A stretch of DNA of 63,738 bases, the filler included, from Chiloscyllium plagiosum (lineage: Eukaryota): assembly GCF_004010195.1 (NCBI RefSeq). It is 4 parts of one record of this genome, joined end to end, with 100 filler letters (N's around TTAATTAATTAA, not from the genome) between each part and the next. Parts side by side here need not be neighbours in the genome. Positions count along the whole stretch, not along the records: positions 1 to 20,630 come from NC_057717.1; 3 more parts are not named here. One strand, 5' to 3'. Under the pieces are notes generated by a model. The model did no database searches. It was not told the DNA's origin and saw nothing but the letters and a program-made list of their open reading frames with translations. Positions within the stretch are counted from its first letter, which is position 1, and each line of letters starts with the position of its first letter. The position numbers were made by a program, and so were the translations under genes. Positions 1-12,500 of the stretch are shown piece by piece.

Positions 1-620
1 TGAAGAAGGCATATGGCGTACTGTCTTTTATTGGTAGAGGAATTGAGTTCCGGAGTACTGGGGTCATGTTGCAGTTGTATAAGACTCTGGTGCGGCCGCA
101 TCTGGAGTATTGTGTGCAGTTTTGGTCGCCATACTATAGGAAGGATGTGGAGGCACTGGAACGGGTGCAGAGGAGGTTTACCAGGATGTTGCCTAGTATG
201 GTAGGAAGATCGTATGAGGAAAGGCCGAGGCATTTGTGGCTGTTTTGATTGGAGAAAATAAGGTTTAAGGGTGAATTGATAGAGGTGTACAAGATGATTA
301 GGGGTTTAGATAGGGTTGACCATGAGAACCTTTTTCCACGTATGGAATCAGCTATTACGAGGGGGCAGAGCTTTAAGTTAAGGGGTGGTAGGTATAGGAC
401 AGATGTTAGGGGTAGATTCTTTACTCAGCAAGTCGTGAATTTATGGAATGTCCAGCCAGGAGCAGTGGTGGACTCTCCCTCTTTATGGGCAATTAAACGG
501 GCATTGAATAGGCATATGGAGCATAGTGGGCTAGTGTAGGTTAGGTGGGCTTGGATCGGACAACATCGAGGGCCAAGGGGCCTGTACTGCGCTGTATTTT
601 TCTATGTTCTATGTTCTATG
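1..620 (+). mobile_element. CR1/HER1-like LINE, 3' end of ORF2 plus 3' UTR and (TTCTATG)n tail
   Basis: Translation LYKTLVRPHLEYCVQFWSPYYRKDVEALERVQRRFTRMLP is the typical CR1 ORF2 C-terminus; the 3' UTR has GGGCCAAGGGGCCTGTACTG followed by short tandem tail repeats; in-frame stop at ~246. Confidence 0.92.
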
Positions 621-1086
621 TACCTGCACACCAAGATCCCGCTGTTCCTCCACACTGCCAAGAATCCTGTCTTTAATCTTATACTCAAGTTTCAAGTTCG
701 ACGTTCCAAAATGCATCACCTCGCATTTATCGAGGTTTAACTCCATCTGCCACTTTTCAGCCCAACTCTGCATTCTGTCAATGGCACGCTGCAGCCTACA
801 ATAGCCCTCTGTACTGTCAAATACACCTAAAATCGTTGTGTCGTCTGCAAACTTGCTAACCCATTCTTCAACTTCCCCATCCAAATCATTATTAAAAATT
901 ACAAAGAGTAGAGGCCCAAGAACAGAGCCCTGCGGAACACCACTGACTTCCAGGCAGAATGCTTTCCTTCAACTACCACTCGCTGTCTTTTGTCGACCAG
1001 CCAATTCTGTATCAGACACCTAAGTTCCCTGTATCCCATTCCTCCTGACCTTCTGAACGAGACGACCATGGGGAACCTTATCAAAT
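621..1086 (-). mobile_element. CR1 LINE reverse transcriptase fragment
   Basis: SKFADDT...LQRAIDRMQSWAEKWQMELNLDKCEVMHFG and (S)GVPQGSVLGP motifs on the minus strand. Confidence 0.9.
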
Positions 1087-1088
1087 CT

Positions 1089-1174
1089 GGAAATGTGTTG
1101 CTGGAAAAGCGCAGCAGGTCAGGCAGCATCCAGGGAACAGGAGAATCGACGTTTCGGGCATAAGCCCTTCTTCA
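1089..1174 (-). mobile_element. Penelope-type pseudo-LTR fragment with truncated minimal hammerhead motif
   Basis: Minus strand reads (g)TGAAGA-A-GGGC-TTAT-GCCC-GAAA-CGTC followed by GATGCTGCCTGACCTGCTGCGCTTTTCCAGCA; the first C of the CUGANGA core is replaced at the fragment edge. Confidence 0.75.
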
Positions 1175-1214
1175 CGAACCCTCAACCTTCCGACTCAACG
1201 ATCAGCATTATACT

Positions 1215-4200
1215 TCGTCTCAGTGGTTAGAATGGCAGTCATACAGTAGCAGGGACACGGTTTGGGATGGAGGGGGAGGGGGTATGCTATCTCATTGGTT
1301 AGCACGGCTGTCTCACAGTACCAGTGACCCGGTTTCTGGGGAGGGGAGTGGGCATGGTGTCTCAGTGGTTAGCACGGCTGTGTTACAGAACCAGGGACCC
1401 AGTTGGGGAAGAGGGGAAGGGTGGGGGGTAATGGTGTCTCATTGGTTAGCACAGCTGTCTCACAGTACCAGCGACCCGGTTTGGGGGAAGGGGGATGGGA
1501 GCATGGTGTCTCACTGGTTAGCCGGCAGTCTCACAGTAGCGGGGACCCGGTTTGGGGGAGAACGAGAGCGGGAGGGGTCATGGTGTCTCAGTGGTTAGCA
1601 CGGCTGTGTTACAGGACCAGGGACCCAGTTGGGGAAGAGGGGAAGGGTGGGGGGTAATGGTGTCTCATTGGTTAGCACAGCTGACTCACAGGAACAGGGA
1701 CCCGGTTTGTGGGGGAGGCAGAGGAGGACATGGTGTCTCAGTGGTTAGCACGGCTGTGTTACAGGACCAGGGACCCAGTTGGGGAAGAGGGGAAGGGTGG
1801 GGGGTAATGGTGTCTCATTGGTTAGCACAGCTGACTCACAGGAACAGGGACCCGGTTTGTGGGGGAGGCAGAGGAGGACATGGTGTCTCAGTGGTTAGCA
1901 CGGCTGTGTTACAGGACCAGGGACCCAGTTGGGGAAGAGGGGAAGGGTGGGGGGTAATGGTGTCTCATTGGTTAGCACAGCTGACTCACAGGAACAGGGA
2001 CCCGGTTTGTGGGGGAGGCAGAGGAGGACATGGTGTCTCAGTGGTTAGCACGGCTGTGTTACAGGACCAGGGACCAGTACCAGGGAGCCAGTTTGGGATG
2101 GAGGTGGGGGGGGGGGTGGTGGACATGGTGTCTCAGTGGTAAGCACAGCTGTCTCACAATACTAGGGTCCTGTTTTGGTGGGGAGACGGAGGGTGCATGG
2201 TGTCTCAGTTGTTAGCACGGCTGTCTCACAGCACCAGGGATACGGTTTAAGGGGGATAGGGGAAGGGGCCATGGTATCTCTGTGGTTAGAACGGTTGTCC
2301 CACAGTACCAGAGACCCAGTTTGGGTGGGAGGATTTTGTCTCACTGGTTTAGAACGGCTGTCTCACAGTCCCATGGACCAGGTTTGGGGGGATGGAGAGG
2401 GGATCATGGTGCCTCAGTGGTTAGCACGGCTGTCTCACAGTACCAGGGGCCCCGTATGGTGGGAGAGGAAGAGGGGCATGGTGTCTCAGTGGTTCGCACG
2501 GCTGTCTCACAGTACCAGGGACTCGGTTTGGCTGGTGGGAGGGGGTATGTTGTCTCAGTGTTTAGCACGGCTGTCTCACAGTACGAACGACCCGGTTTGG
2601 GGGTAGGGGAAGGGGAGCATGGTGTCTCAAAGGTGAGCACAGCTGTCTCACAGTACCATGGACCCGGTTTTGGGGAGAGGGGAAGGGTGAGGGGTCATGG
2701 TTTCTCAGTGGTTAGCAAGGCTGTCTCACAGTACCACTGACCTGGGTTCGGGGGAGTGGGAGGGGGGGCATGGGGTCTCAGTAGCGAGCAAGGCAGTGGC
2801 ATAGTACAAGGGACGCGGTTTGGGGCGGAGAGGGAGGGGTTATGGTGTCTCAGTGGTTAGCACGTCTGTCTCACAGTACCAGGGACCCGCTTTGTGGGGG
2901 AGGGGGGTGCAAGGTGTCTCAGTGTATAGTACGGATGTCCCACAGTACAAGGAACCCGGTTTGCGGGGAGGAGGAGGGGGGCATGGTGTCTCAGTGGTTA
3001 GCACGGCTGTCTCTCAGTACCAGGGACCCGGTTTGCGGGGAAGCGGAGGGGGCACAGTGTCTCAGTGGTGAGCACGGCTGTCTCACAGTACCAGAGATCC
3101 GGTTTGGGAGGGAGGGTGAGGGGGACGTGATGTCTCAGTGGTTAGCACGACTGTCTCACAGTACCAGAGATCCGGATTGGTGGGGAGGGTGAGGGGGACA
3201 TGGTGTCTCAGTGGTTAGCACGGCTGTCTCACAGTACCAGGGGCACGGTTTGCGGGGGAGGGGGAGGGGGCATAGTGTCTCAGTGGTTAGAACGGCTGTC
3301 TCACAGTACCAGGGACCCGGTTTGGGGGAGGGAGGGTGGTGTCCCAGTGGTTAGAACGGCTGTCTCACAGTGCCAGGGACCCGGATTGGGGGAGAGGAGG
3401 ATGGGGACAGGGTGTCTCAGTGGTTAGTAAGGCCGTCTTACAGTTCTATGGACCTGGCTTGGGATGATGGGGAGGGGGGCATGGTGTCTTAGTGGTTAGC
3501 ACGTCTGTCCCACAGTACAAGTAACTCGGTTTCCGGGGATGGGGAGGGTGCATGTTATCTCAGTGGTTAGCACGGCTGTCTCACAGTACCAGGGGCCCGG
3601 ATTGGGGGGAGGAGAAGGGGGCATGGTTTCTCAGTGGTTAGCATAGCTGTCTCACAGTACTATGGACCCGGTTTTGGGAAGAGGGAAGGGTGAGGGGTCA
3701 TGGTGTCTCAGTGGTTAGCACGGCTGTCTCACAGTAACAGGGACACGGTTTGGGGGAGGGAGAGGGTGGCATGGTGTCTCAGTGGTTAGCACGGCTGTCT
3801 CACAGTACCAGGGTCACGGTTTGGGGCGGAGGGGGAGGGGATATGGTGTCTCAATCGTTCGCACATCTGTCGCACTGTACCAGGGGCCCGGTTTGGGGAG
3901 GTGAGGTGGAGGGGGCATGGTGTCTCAGTGGTTATCACTGCTGTCCCGCAGTACCACGGACGCGGTTTGAGAGGAAGTGGAGGGGGGCATGGTGTCTCAG
4001 TACGACCGTCTCACAGTACCAGGGACCGGTTTTGGAGGAAGAGGGAGGGGGCATGGTGTCTCAGTGGTTAGCACGGCTGTCTCACAATACCAGGGGTCCG
4101 GTTTGGGAGGGAGAGGGAGGGGGGCAAGGTGTCTCAGTGGTTAGCACTGCTGTCTCACAGTACCAGGGGCCCGGTTTGGGATGGAGAGGGAGGGGGGCAA

Positions 4201-4826
4201 GGTGTCTCAGTGGTTAGCACGGCTGTCTCACAATACCAGGGGTCCGGTTTGGGAGGGAGAGGGAGGGGGCAAGGTGTCTCAGTGGTTAGCACTGCTGTCT
4301 CACAGTACCAGGGGTCCGGTTTGGGATGGAGAGGGAGGGGGGCAAGGTGTCTCAGTGGTTAGCACTGCTGTCTCACAGTACCAGGGGTCCGGTTTGGCAT
4401 GGAGAGGGAGGGGGGGCAAGGTGTCTCACTGGTTAGTACGGCTGTCTCACAGTACCAGGTGTCCGGTTGGGGCGGGAGAGGGAGGGGGGCAAGGTGTCTC
4501 AGTGGTTGGCACGGCTGTCTCACAGTACCAGGGATCCGGTTTGGGATGGAGGGGAAGGGAGCATGGTGTCTCATTGTTTAGCACAGCTGTCTCATAGTAT
4601 CAGGGTCCCGTTTTGGTAGGGAGGGGGAGGGGCATGGTACTTCAGTGGTTAGCACGGCTGTCTCACAGTACCAGGGGTCCGGTTTGGGAGGGTGAGGGAG
4701 GGGGGCAAGGTGTCTCACTGGTTAGCACGGCTGCCTCGCAGTTCCAGGGACCCAGTTTGGGGGGTAGGGGGAGGGGACATGGTGCCTCAGTGGTTAGCAC
4801 GGCTGTCTTACAGCACCAGGGACCAG
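1215..4826 (+). repeat. Tandem array (~70-78 bp unit, roughly 50 copies) derived from the V-SINE tRNA-like head, with G-rich linkers
   Basis: Unit consensus GGCATGGTGTCTCAGTGGTTAGCACGGCTGTCTCACAGTACCAGGGACCCGGTTTG plus a variable G/A tract; aligns to the SINE head GGCACGGTGGCACAGTGGTTAGCACTGCTGCCTCACAGCACCAGAGACCTGGGTTC seen at 31096. Confidence 0.93.
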
Positions 4827-5235
4827 CGAGTCTGTTTGAGAACGTGGCTGAAGAGCTTCAGGGCAGATGAGATGACCTGAGGACTGCGAATCCTCTTGCA
4901 AGGATGGCTTCCTTGAAGAAGCTCTCTTCCTCCCTCTACAAGGATTTCAGTGAGTCCCTCTCTCACTGAACCCGCCCCACCCAGGTCATCACCTCTGCCC
5001 AGAAGCTTTTCATCCACCTTCCCAAACAGACTCGCTACCACAGCCACATCTCCATCCTCAGCACCTGCCTACGGAACCGACTGACCCCGCACGGACTCCG
5101 GACTACGTTCAGACCAACAAAATTTGGACCCAACCAGGACAACCAGTACCTACAACAAATCCGAAGCCTCCAGCAACAGACCTCCCTCCGGATACTCCGC
5201 TCCACGCTTGCAGCCATGCGCCGCTACCTACATTC
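4827..5235 (+). mobile_element. Penelope-like element 5' region / N-terminal ORF fragment
   Basis: From ~5007 translates KQTRYHSHISILSTCLRNRLTPHGLRTTFRPTKFG...LRILRSTLAAMRR, resembling the H..xL..C....L.P.GL N-terminal motif of Penelope-like ORFs. Confidence 0.6.
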
Positions 5236-5858
5236 CTTGGATGGTGAGGAATTTGTTAAGTGTTGAAGAGATTTTTCTTCATTAATATGCAGATGTAACT
5301 ATCACAGAAGGAGCAAACCTGACCTACTCTTGTGATATAAGGCAGGGCAAGGGACTGAATGGTTAGTAGGGGACCAGTTTGGGGTTAGGGGTCATAATTG
5401 GATTAGTTGCAAAATATTTATGGAAAGGATTGGCATTATATGTAAGTTACATTTCTTAATTGGACTAGGGCAAATTTTGATAGTATGAGACAAAAACTTT
5501 GAAGGGTTGATTGGAGTAGACTGTTTGCAGCTAAAGGCACGGCCAGCAATTGGGAGGCTTTCAGAAGTGAGATAACGAGAGTTCAAGGGCATGATGTTCA
5601 TGTTCCAGTGAAGGTAAGGCTGGTAAGAGGAGGAAACACTGGAAGAATAAAGATATTGAGACACTGGTTAAGATTAAGAACAAGTCATATATTAGACATA
5701 GATAAATGAGATCAAGTGAATCTCGAAGAGTACAAGAGGTGCAGGGACATTCTAAAGAGGGAAACGAGGAGGGCTAGAAAGGAAAATGAGATAGCCTTGG
5801 TAGATAATGTTAAAGATAATCCAAAGAGATTCTACTAGTACATTAAGAGCAAAGGAGT
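5236..5858 (+). mobile_element. Degenerate CR1 ORF2 fragment (end of endonuclease to linker)
   Basis: Remnant motifs such as WEAFRSEI.RVQG and NVKDNPKRFY.YIKSK, with many stops. Confidence 0.75.
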
Positions 5859-6305
5859 AGAGTCATAGAGTCAGAGAGATGTACAACATGGAAACAGACC
5901 TTTTGGTCTCACTTGCCCATGCTGAACAGATATCCTAAACTAGTCTAGTCCCATTTACCAGTACTTGCCCATATCCCTCTCAACCCTTCCTATTCATATG
6001 CACATTCAGATGTCTTTTAAACATTGAAATTGCACCAGCCTCCACCACTTACTCTGGCAGTTCATTCCATACACACACCATCGTCTGCATGAAAAAGTTA
6101 CTCCTTAGTTACTTTCAACTTTTTCCCCTCTAACTCTAAACCTATACACATGAGTATAGGATTAGAGTGAGACTCGACTCACCCCATGGAAAAGACCTTG
6201 TCTATTCACCGTATCCATGCCTCTCATGATTTTATAAACCTTTATAAAGTCGCCCCTCAGCCTCCAACACTCCAGGGAAATCAGCTTATTCAGCCTCTCC
6301 CTCTA
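5859..6305 (-). mobile_element. CR1 LINE 3' end
   Basis: Plus strand shows the reverse-complemented tail (AGAGTCATAGAGTCAGAG...GGAAACAGACC) and the RGDxIxVYKIM region. Confidence 0.75.
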
Positions 6306-6589
6306 TTACTCTACATGGCTGTGAATATGTATAAGCCTAGAGGGATGGCTTTACAAATCATGTTGCATTTTATATAAATGCTGCTTTTCTTACTATCAGT
6401 TAGTTTAAAATGGAGGATGGGTGCCTTTTCAATTTGATAATTAGCAAATGAAGATCCACACATAAGGTGTTACGTCTTGGCATGAATAATGTACAGATCA
6501 CTTGTTCAAAGATGCATGTCTCAGTGAGGGAGACAAATAAAGGGATCTCAGACAATGACATCAGTCACTAACAATTTCACCACAGGTTC

Positions 6590-7200
6590 CAAAGGCCATA
6601 AAAATGCAAACAAAGCTCTAAGCTTTATCTCTAAAGGGGTAGATTTGAATGTCGGATGCCTATAACAATTTGGTTGACTATAATTAAGCGTATTGCCTGC
6701 AGTTCCAGTTGACATGTTATAAAATGGACGAGAGAGAGTGAAAAGATTTATAAGAATGATACACAAATTCCTGGCTGTGTATATCAGGGAAGAATTGTCA
6801 TGCTGTTCACTTCTCTCTTGAAAAGAAGGCTGACAGTTCTAAAATTATAAACGGTTTTGAAAAGAGAAGGTACAGAGAAAACATTTCACTTTGGGGTAGA
6901 CCATAACTAGAGGCAGTCAATATAAGACGGTACCTCAAGAAATCCAAAAGGGAATTCAGAAGAAACCTCTTCACTGAAAGAATGATGAGAATGGGGAACA
7001 TGTGACCAGTCGGAATAGTCGAAATCAATAGTTTCGATGTATTTCAAGGAACCTAGGCGAGCACTTGGAAGGGATGGGAATAGAGAATTACAATGGGCGA
7101 TTTAGATGAGGAAAGATGAGAAACACCTTGAGTGGAACATAAGCACTGGCATGAACTGATAGTGCCAAATGGCCTGTATTTCCTCTGAAATCCTATGTAG
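6590..7200 (+). mobile_element. Old degenerate CR1 3' portion
   Basis: Recognisable CR1 3' coding remnant and the tail GCCAAATGGCCTGT. Confidence 0.6.
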
Positions 7201-7652
7201 AAAATCACCATTGTATGGAACAAAAAGTGTGTCAAGAACATCTAGAGAAATTATAAAGTTTTTTCACAAAATAGTCTCAAGTATTCAGCACTGAATGTAA
7301 ATGATTTTATCACATGGCCACACTTCACTATTTGCTTGAAAGCACTGAAACAGCAGCAATCACAGTATTCCTACTAGGAGTAGGAGTAGCCCAGTGTCCA
7401 TGCACCAATTGGGGAATCTAAATGACATATTAATGGCCTCAGTAGGACCTGCCAACCTGGTCCTGGGAATGTTGTGTACAATCTTGCCATCACGGTTTCT
7501 TTCATTCACTTACTTTGATTTCTAATTCCCATAATGATCGCCAACATGGATAGGAGACTGTTCTAGTATGCAGATGGGATACCCTGTTGTGAGCCATAAG
7601 GTACTTCTTTAGGAGGGACAACCTCCAGGTGTGTCTCGAGGATGGAGGAGGA

Positions 7653-8152
7653 NNNNNNNNNNNNNNNNNNNNNNNNNNNNNNNNNNNNNNNNNNNNNNNN
7701 NNNNNNNNNNNNNNNNNNNNNNNNNNNNNNNNNNNNNNNNNNNNNNNNNNNNNNNNNNNNNNNNNNNNNNNNNNNNNNNNNNNNNNNNNNNNNNNNNNNN
7801 NNNNNNNNNNNNNNNNNNNNNNNNNNNNNNNNNNNNNNNNNNNNNNNNNNNNNNNNNNNNNNNNNNNNNNNNNNNNNNNNNNNNNNNNNNNNNNNNNNNN
7901 NNNNNNNNNNNNNNNNNNNNNNNNNNNNNNNNNNNNNNNNNNNNNNNNNNNNNNNNNNNNNNNNNNNNNNNNNNNNNNNNNNNNNNNNNNNNNNNNNNNN
8001 NNNNNNNNNNNNNNNNNNNNNNNNNNNNNNNNNNNNNNNNNNNNNNNNNNNNNNNNNNNNNNNNNNNNNNNNNNNNNNNNNNNNNNNNNNNNNNNNNNNN
8101 NNNNNNNNNNNNNNNNNNNNNNNNNNNNNNNNNNNNNNNNNNNNNNNNNNNN
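7653..8152. other. Assembly gap (500 N)
   Basis: Run of N. Other plain gaps: 27810-28709, 31443-31942, 50050-50549. Confidence 0.99.
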
Positions 8153-8384
8153 AAGGGGTGTTTAGTTACAATCACATCAACAATAAACATTCTGAATGGT
8201 GCAGCAGGCACGACGGGTTGAATGGCCAGCTGCTGCTCCTGCCTCATGTGTTGTTCTCTCATGCACTCATTAATATTACAGAGATAAAGGACGATCCCAT
8301 TCAGCCAGTCAGCATCATTATAATGAGACAGGAGGAGACCATTCTGCCGTCTCAGGCTTTACACACGAAGAGATTGATGTCATT

Positions 8385-8830
8385 CAGCCTGCTCAGTACA
8401 TCACACAATGACCCAAACCCGGACTTCAAACCCACCACAGCAGATGGTGGAATTTGAATTCAATAAAATAGTTGGAATTAGCAATCTAATGAAATATTGA
8501 TGGCTATCAAAACTAAAAAAATAAACTGGCTCACTAGTGTCCTCCAGGGAAGGAAACTTGCTATATTCACTGGTCTGACTTACATATTACTCCAGACCCT
8601 CAGCAATGGCAGACTCTCAAATGCCCTTTGCAATGGCCAAGTCAGCCATTCAGATATAACACTACAAGCTCTCAAAGAAGTGAAACCAGACAGACCTGCG
8701 AACTGGCAGCCGACAGCATATCGAAGTGCATGGGTTCAGAAAGGCAGTTCCCCAACAGCTTCTTGAGACCAACCCGGTAAGGGGAATAAATGCTGGCCCA
8801 GCCACCAACACCAATGTCCCATTAATGAAT
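8385..8830 (+). mobile_element. Old SINE-like repeat (second family; related copy at ~35855-36055)
   Basis: Both copies share CTGGxTCACT..TCC...AGGGAAG, GACTCCAGACCC.CAGCAAT and a tail GGG.AAT.AATGCTGG.C. Confidence 0.6.
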
Positions 8831-9064
8831 GTAAGATGTCCACACTCAGTAAAGAGAGATAGAGGGGACAGACCTTACTTAAAACAGTGACTTGGATATA
8901 TACCTACGTGTGCATGATACTCAGCAATATGGGAAAATGTGAAAAATACATGAAGATAATCTCACACTTTATTTCCATCGCAGCTGATTCTCAATAATCC
9001 CTTTTTTATCCTTATATTTCTCCACATATTCCAATCATTCCAGCAACACACATTATACTATTTC

Positions 9065-9195
9065 CCAGCTTCTTTCAGATCTGACACATGGTGAGTGGAT
9101 TTAAAATGCGAACTCTGTTTTTCTCTCGACAGAGGCTGACAAAACTGCTCCGTTTCCTAGCACTCTGTTTCTTTTTGGTTCAGATCGGCCAGTAA
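9065..9195 (+). mobile_element. Highly degenerate Penelope-type pseudo-LTR fragment
   Basis: AACTCTGTTTTTCTCTC..CAGAGGCTG...CTGCT...TTTCC.AGCA resembles the copies at 1089, 14172 and 35728; hammerhead core lost. Confidence 0.45.
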
Positions 9196-9229
9196 CTTAC
9201 TTTGTTTGATTTAACCATTTTTTATTTTA

Positions 9230-9565
9230 CGGGAAATTGGCCGAACGAGCCCACACTGACCCTCTGCAGAGCATTGCACTATGAACCACCTCATACCCTA
9301 CTTCTGTACTTCCATTCTCTAAGCCATTTCCTACCATATCCCGGCATTTCCAATAGCTAACATACCTAGCTGCACATGATGGGTAATTTAGTATGGTCAA
9401 TACACTGATCCTGTTTGGACTGTGGGAGGAACCTTGACCACCTGGAGGAAACACTAGCAGACCCGGGGATATTGTGAAAACACAATACAGACAGTCCTCA
9501 AGGTGGATGAACACTCTGTTCCTTGAACTGTGAGACAGCTGTGCTAACCACTGAGACACTATGCC
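9230..9565 (-). mobile_element. Old HE1-like V-SINE whose head is the terminal unit of the second array
   Basis: Plus strand has TTTGGACTGTGGGAGGAA...CCTGGAGGAAAC, AATTTAG.ATGG.CAAT and tail remnants, continuing directly into CTGTGAGACAGCTGTGCTAACCACTGAGACAC. Confidence 0.8.
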
Positions 9566-12500
9566 CCCTCTCCCTCGTCGCCAAACCGGGACCCTGGTAC
9601 AGTGAGAAAGCCGTGCTAACCACTGAGACACCATGCATCCCTCCCCCTCCCGCTCCTCCCAAACCAGGTTTCAGGTATGTGAGACAGCCGTGCTAACCAC
9701 TGAGATGCCATGCACCCCACGCCTTCTCTCCCAAACTGGGTCCCTGGTACTGTGAGACAACGGTGCTAAGACATCATATCCCCTCCCCCTCCCCCTCCAC
9801 CCCAAACCGGGTCCCTGGTACTGTGAGACAGCCGTGCTAACTACTGAGTCACCATCTCGCCCTCCCCCTCCCCCCAAACCGGGTCCCTGGTCCTGTGCGA
9901 CAGCCGTGCTAACTACTGAGACTCCATGCCCCCTCCACCTCCGCCCAAACCGGGTCCCTGGTACTGTGAGACAGCCGTGCTAACTACTGAGACAACATGT
10001 CCTCCTTCCCATCCCCCCAAACCGGGTCCCTAGTACTGTGAGACAGCTGTGGTAACCACTAAGACACCATGCTCCCCCTTCCCCTCCCCCACAAACCGGG
10101 TCCCTAGTACTGTGAGACAGCTGTGGTAACCACTAAGACACCATGCTCCCCCTTCCCCTCCCCCACAAACCGGGTCTCAAGCCGGGACCCTGGTACTGTG
10201 AGACAGCCGTGCTAACCGCTGAGACACCATGCACTCTCTCCCTCCCCTCAAACCGGGTCCCTGGTACTGTGAGTCAGCTGTACTAACCAATGAGATACCA
10301 TATCCCTCTCCCCCTCCACCCAAAACCGCATCCTTGGTACTGTGAGGCAGCCGTGCTAACAACTGAGACACCACCTCCCCCTCCCCCTCCCCCCAAACTG
10401 GATCCCTGGTACTGTGAGACAGCCGTGCTAACCACTGAGATACAATGCCCCTTCACCTCCCCCCAAACAGGATCCCTGTTACAGTGAGACCGCCGAGTTA
10501 ACCACTGAGAGACCATGCCATCATCCCCTCCCCGAATCCGTGTCCCTGGTACTGTGAGACATCTGTGCTAACCACTGAGACACCATGCCTCCCCCCTCCA
10601 CAAACCGGGTCCCTGGTACTGTGAGACAGCAGTGCCAAGCACTGAGACATCGTGCCCCCTCCCCCTGCCCCCAGCCGGATCCCTGGTACTGTGAGATAGC
10701 CGTGGTAACCACTGAGACATAATGCCCCCTTCACCTCCCCCTAAAACATGGTCCCTGGTACTGTGAGACAGCCGGGCTAACCACTGATACACTATGCTTC
10801 CCTCCTCCTGTCCCTAAACCGGGTCCCTGGTATTCTGAGACAGCCGTGCTAAACACTGAGACACCATTCTCCCTCCCCCCGTCCCCAAACCGGGTCCCTG
10901 GTACTGTGCGACAGTCGAGATAACCACTGAGACACCATAACCCCTCCCCCTCACCCCCAAACCGGGTCCCTGGTACAGTGAGACACACGTGCTAACCACT
11001 GAGACACCATGTCCGCCTCCCCTCCATTCCAAGCCCGGTCCCTGGTACAGTGAGACAGACATGCGAACCACTGAGACAACATGCCCCCTCCCTGTCCCCA
11101 ACAAACCGTTCCCTGGTACTGTGAGACAGCCGAGCTAACCACTGAGACACAAAGCCCCCCTCCCCCGCAAAACGGGTCCATGGTACTGTGAGACAGCCGT
11201 GCTGACCACTGCGACACCATGACCACTCCCCCTCCCACAAAAAGGTTCCCTGTTACTGTTAGACAGCCGAGCTAACCATTGAGACACCATGTCCCATCCC
11301 CATCCCACCCAAACAGAATCCCTGGTACTGTGACACAGCTGCGTTAACCACCGAGACACCATGCCACCCTCCCTCTCCCCCATACCGGGTTGCTGGTACT
11401 GTGAGACAGCCGTGCTAACCAATGAGACTCCATATACCCCTCCCCCTCCCCCCCGCAAACCGCATCCCTGGTACTGTGAGACAACCGTGCTAACTACTGA
11501 GACACCATGCCCCCCTCCCCCTCTCCCAAACCGGTTCCCTGCTACTATGAGACAGCCGTGCTAACCAATGAGACACCATATCCCCCTCCCCTCCCACTAC
11601 TGAGATACCATGCCCCCCTCCCCGTCCCCCAAAACCGGGTTCCCTGTACTGTGAGGCACCCGTGCTAACTACTGAGACACCATGCCCACCCTTACCCCTA
11701 TCCCCCGAACCGATTCTGTGGTACTGAGAGACAGACGTGCTAACCACTGAGATACCATGCGCCCCACCCCATCCCCCAAAACTGGGTCCCTGGTACTGTG
11801 AGACAGCTGCGATCACCACTAAGACATCATATGCACTCCCCTCCTTCCTCGCCAAACCGTGTACCTGGTACTGTGAGACAGCCATGGTAACCACTGAGAT
11901 ACCATCTCCCCCACCCCCTCCACCCAAACCGGCTCCTTGGTATGGTGAGACACACGTGCTAACCACTGAGACAACATGCCCCCTCCCCCTCCCCCTCGCC
12001 CAAACCGGGTCCCTGGTATTGTGAGACAGCCTTGTTAACCACTGAGACGCCATGCCCCTCACTGCCTCCAACCAAACTGGGACCCTGGTACTGTGAGACA
12101 GCCTTGTTAACCACTGAGACGCCATGCCCCTCACTGCCTCCCACCAAACTGGGACCCTGGTACTGTGAGACAGCCGTGCTTACCACTGAGACACCATGCC
12201 CCCTCCCTCTCCCTCAAAAAGCGGGCCCATGCACAGTGAAACAGCCGTGCTAACCACTGAGACACCATGCCCCCCTCCACCTTCCCCATACCGGGTCCCT
12301 GGTATGTGAGACAGCCGTGCAAATCACTGAAACGCCATGCCCCCCTCTGCTCCCCCCCAAACCGGGTCCCTGGTACTGTGAGACAGCTGTGCTAACCACT
12401 AAGACACCATGCTCCCCTCCCCCTCCCCCCCCCCCCGCAAACCGCGCCCCTGGTACTGTGAGACAGTCATGCTAACCACTGAGAACTATGCTCCCCCTCC

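Noticed and set aside
1215..4826. tRNA gene cluster
   Set aside because: No T-arm/B box or proper acceptor stem; units are SINE-derived.
1215..4826. V(D)J recombination signals (CACAGTA in each unit) or an Ig switch region
   Set aside because: No ACAAAAACC-like nonamer at 12 or 23 bp, AGCT motifs are sparse, and no Ig/TCR segments were seen.
7500..7652. Possible minus-strand exon ending AAA|GTAAGT
   Set aside because: Truncated by the gap, with no recognisable product.
7609..8457. Long ORFs spanning N runs (also 27.6-28.9, 31.4-32.0 and 49.9-50.6 kb)
   Set aside because: Artefacts of assembly gaps.
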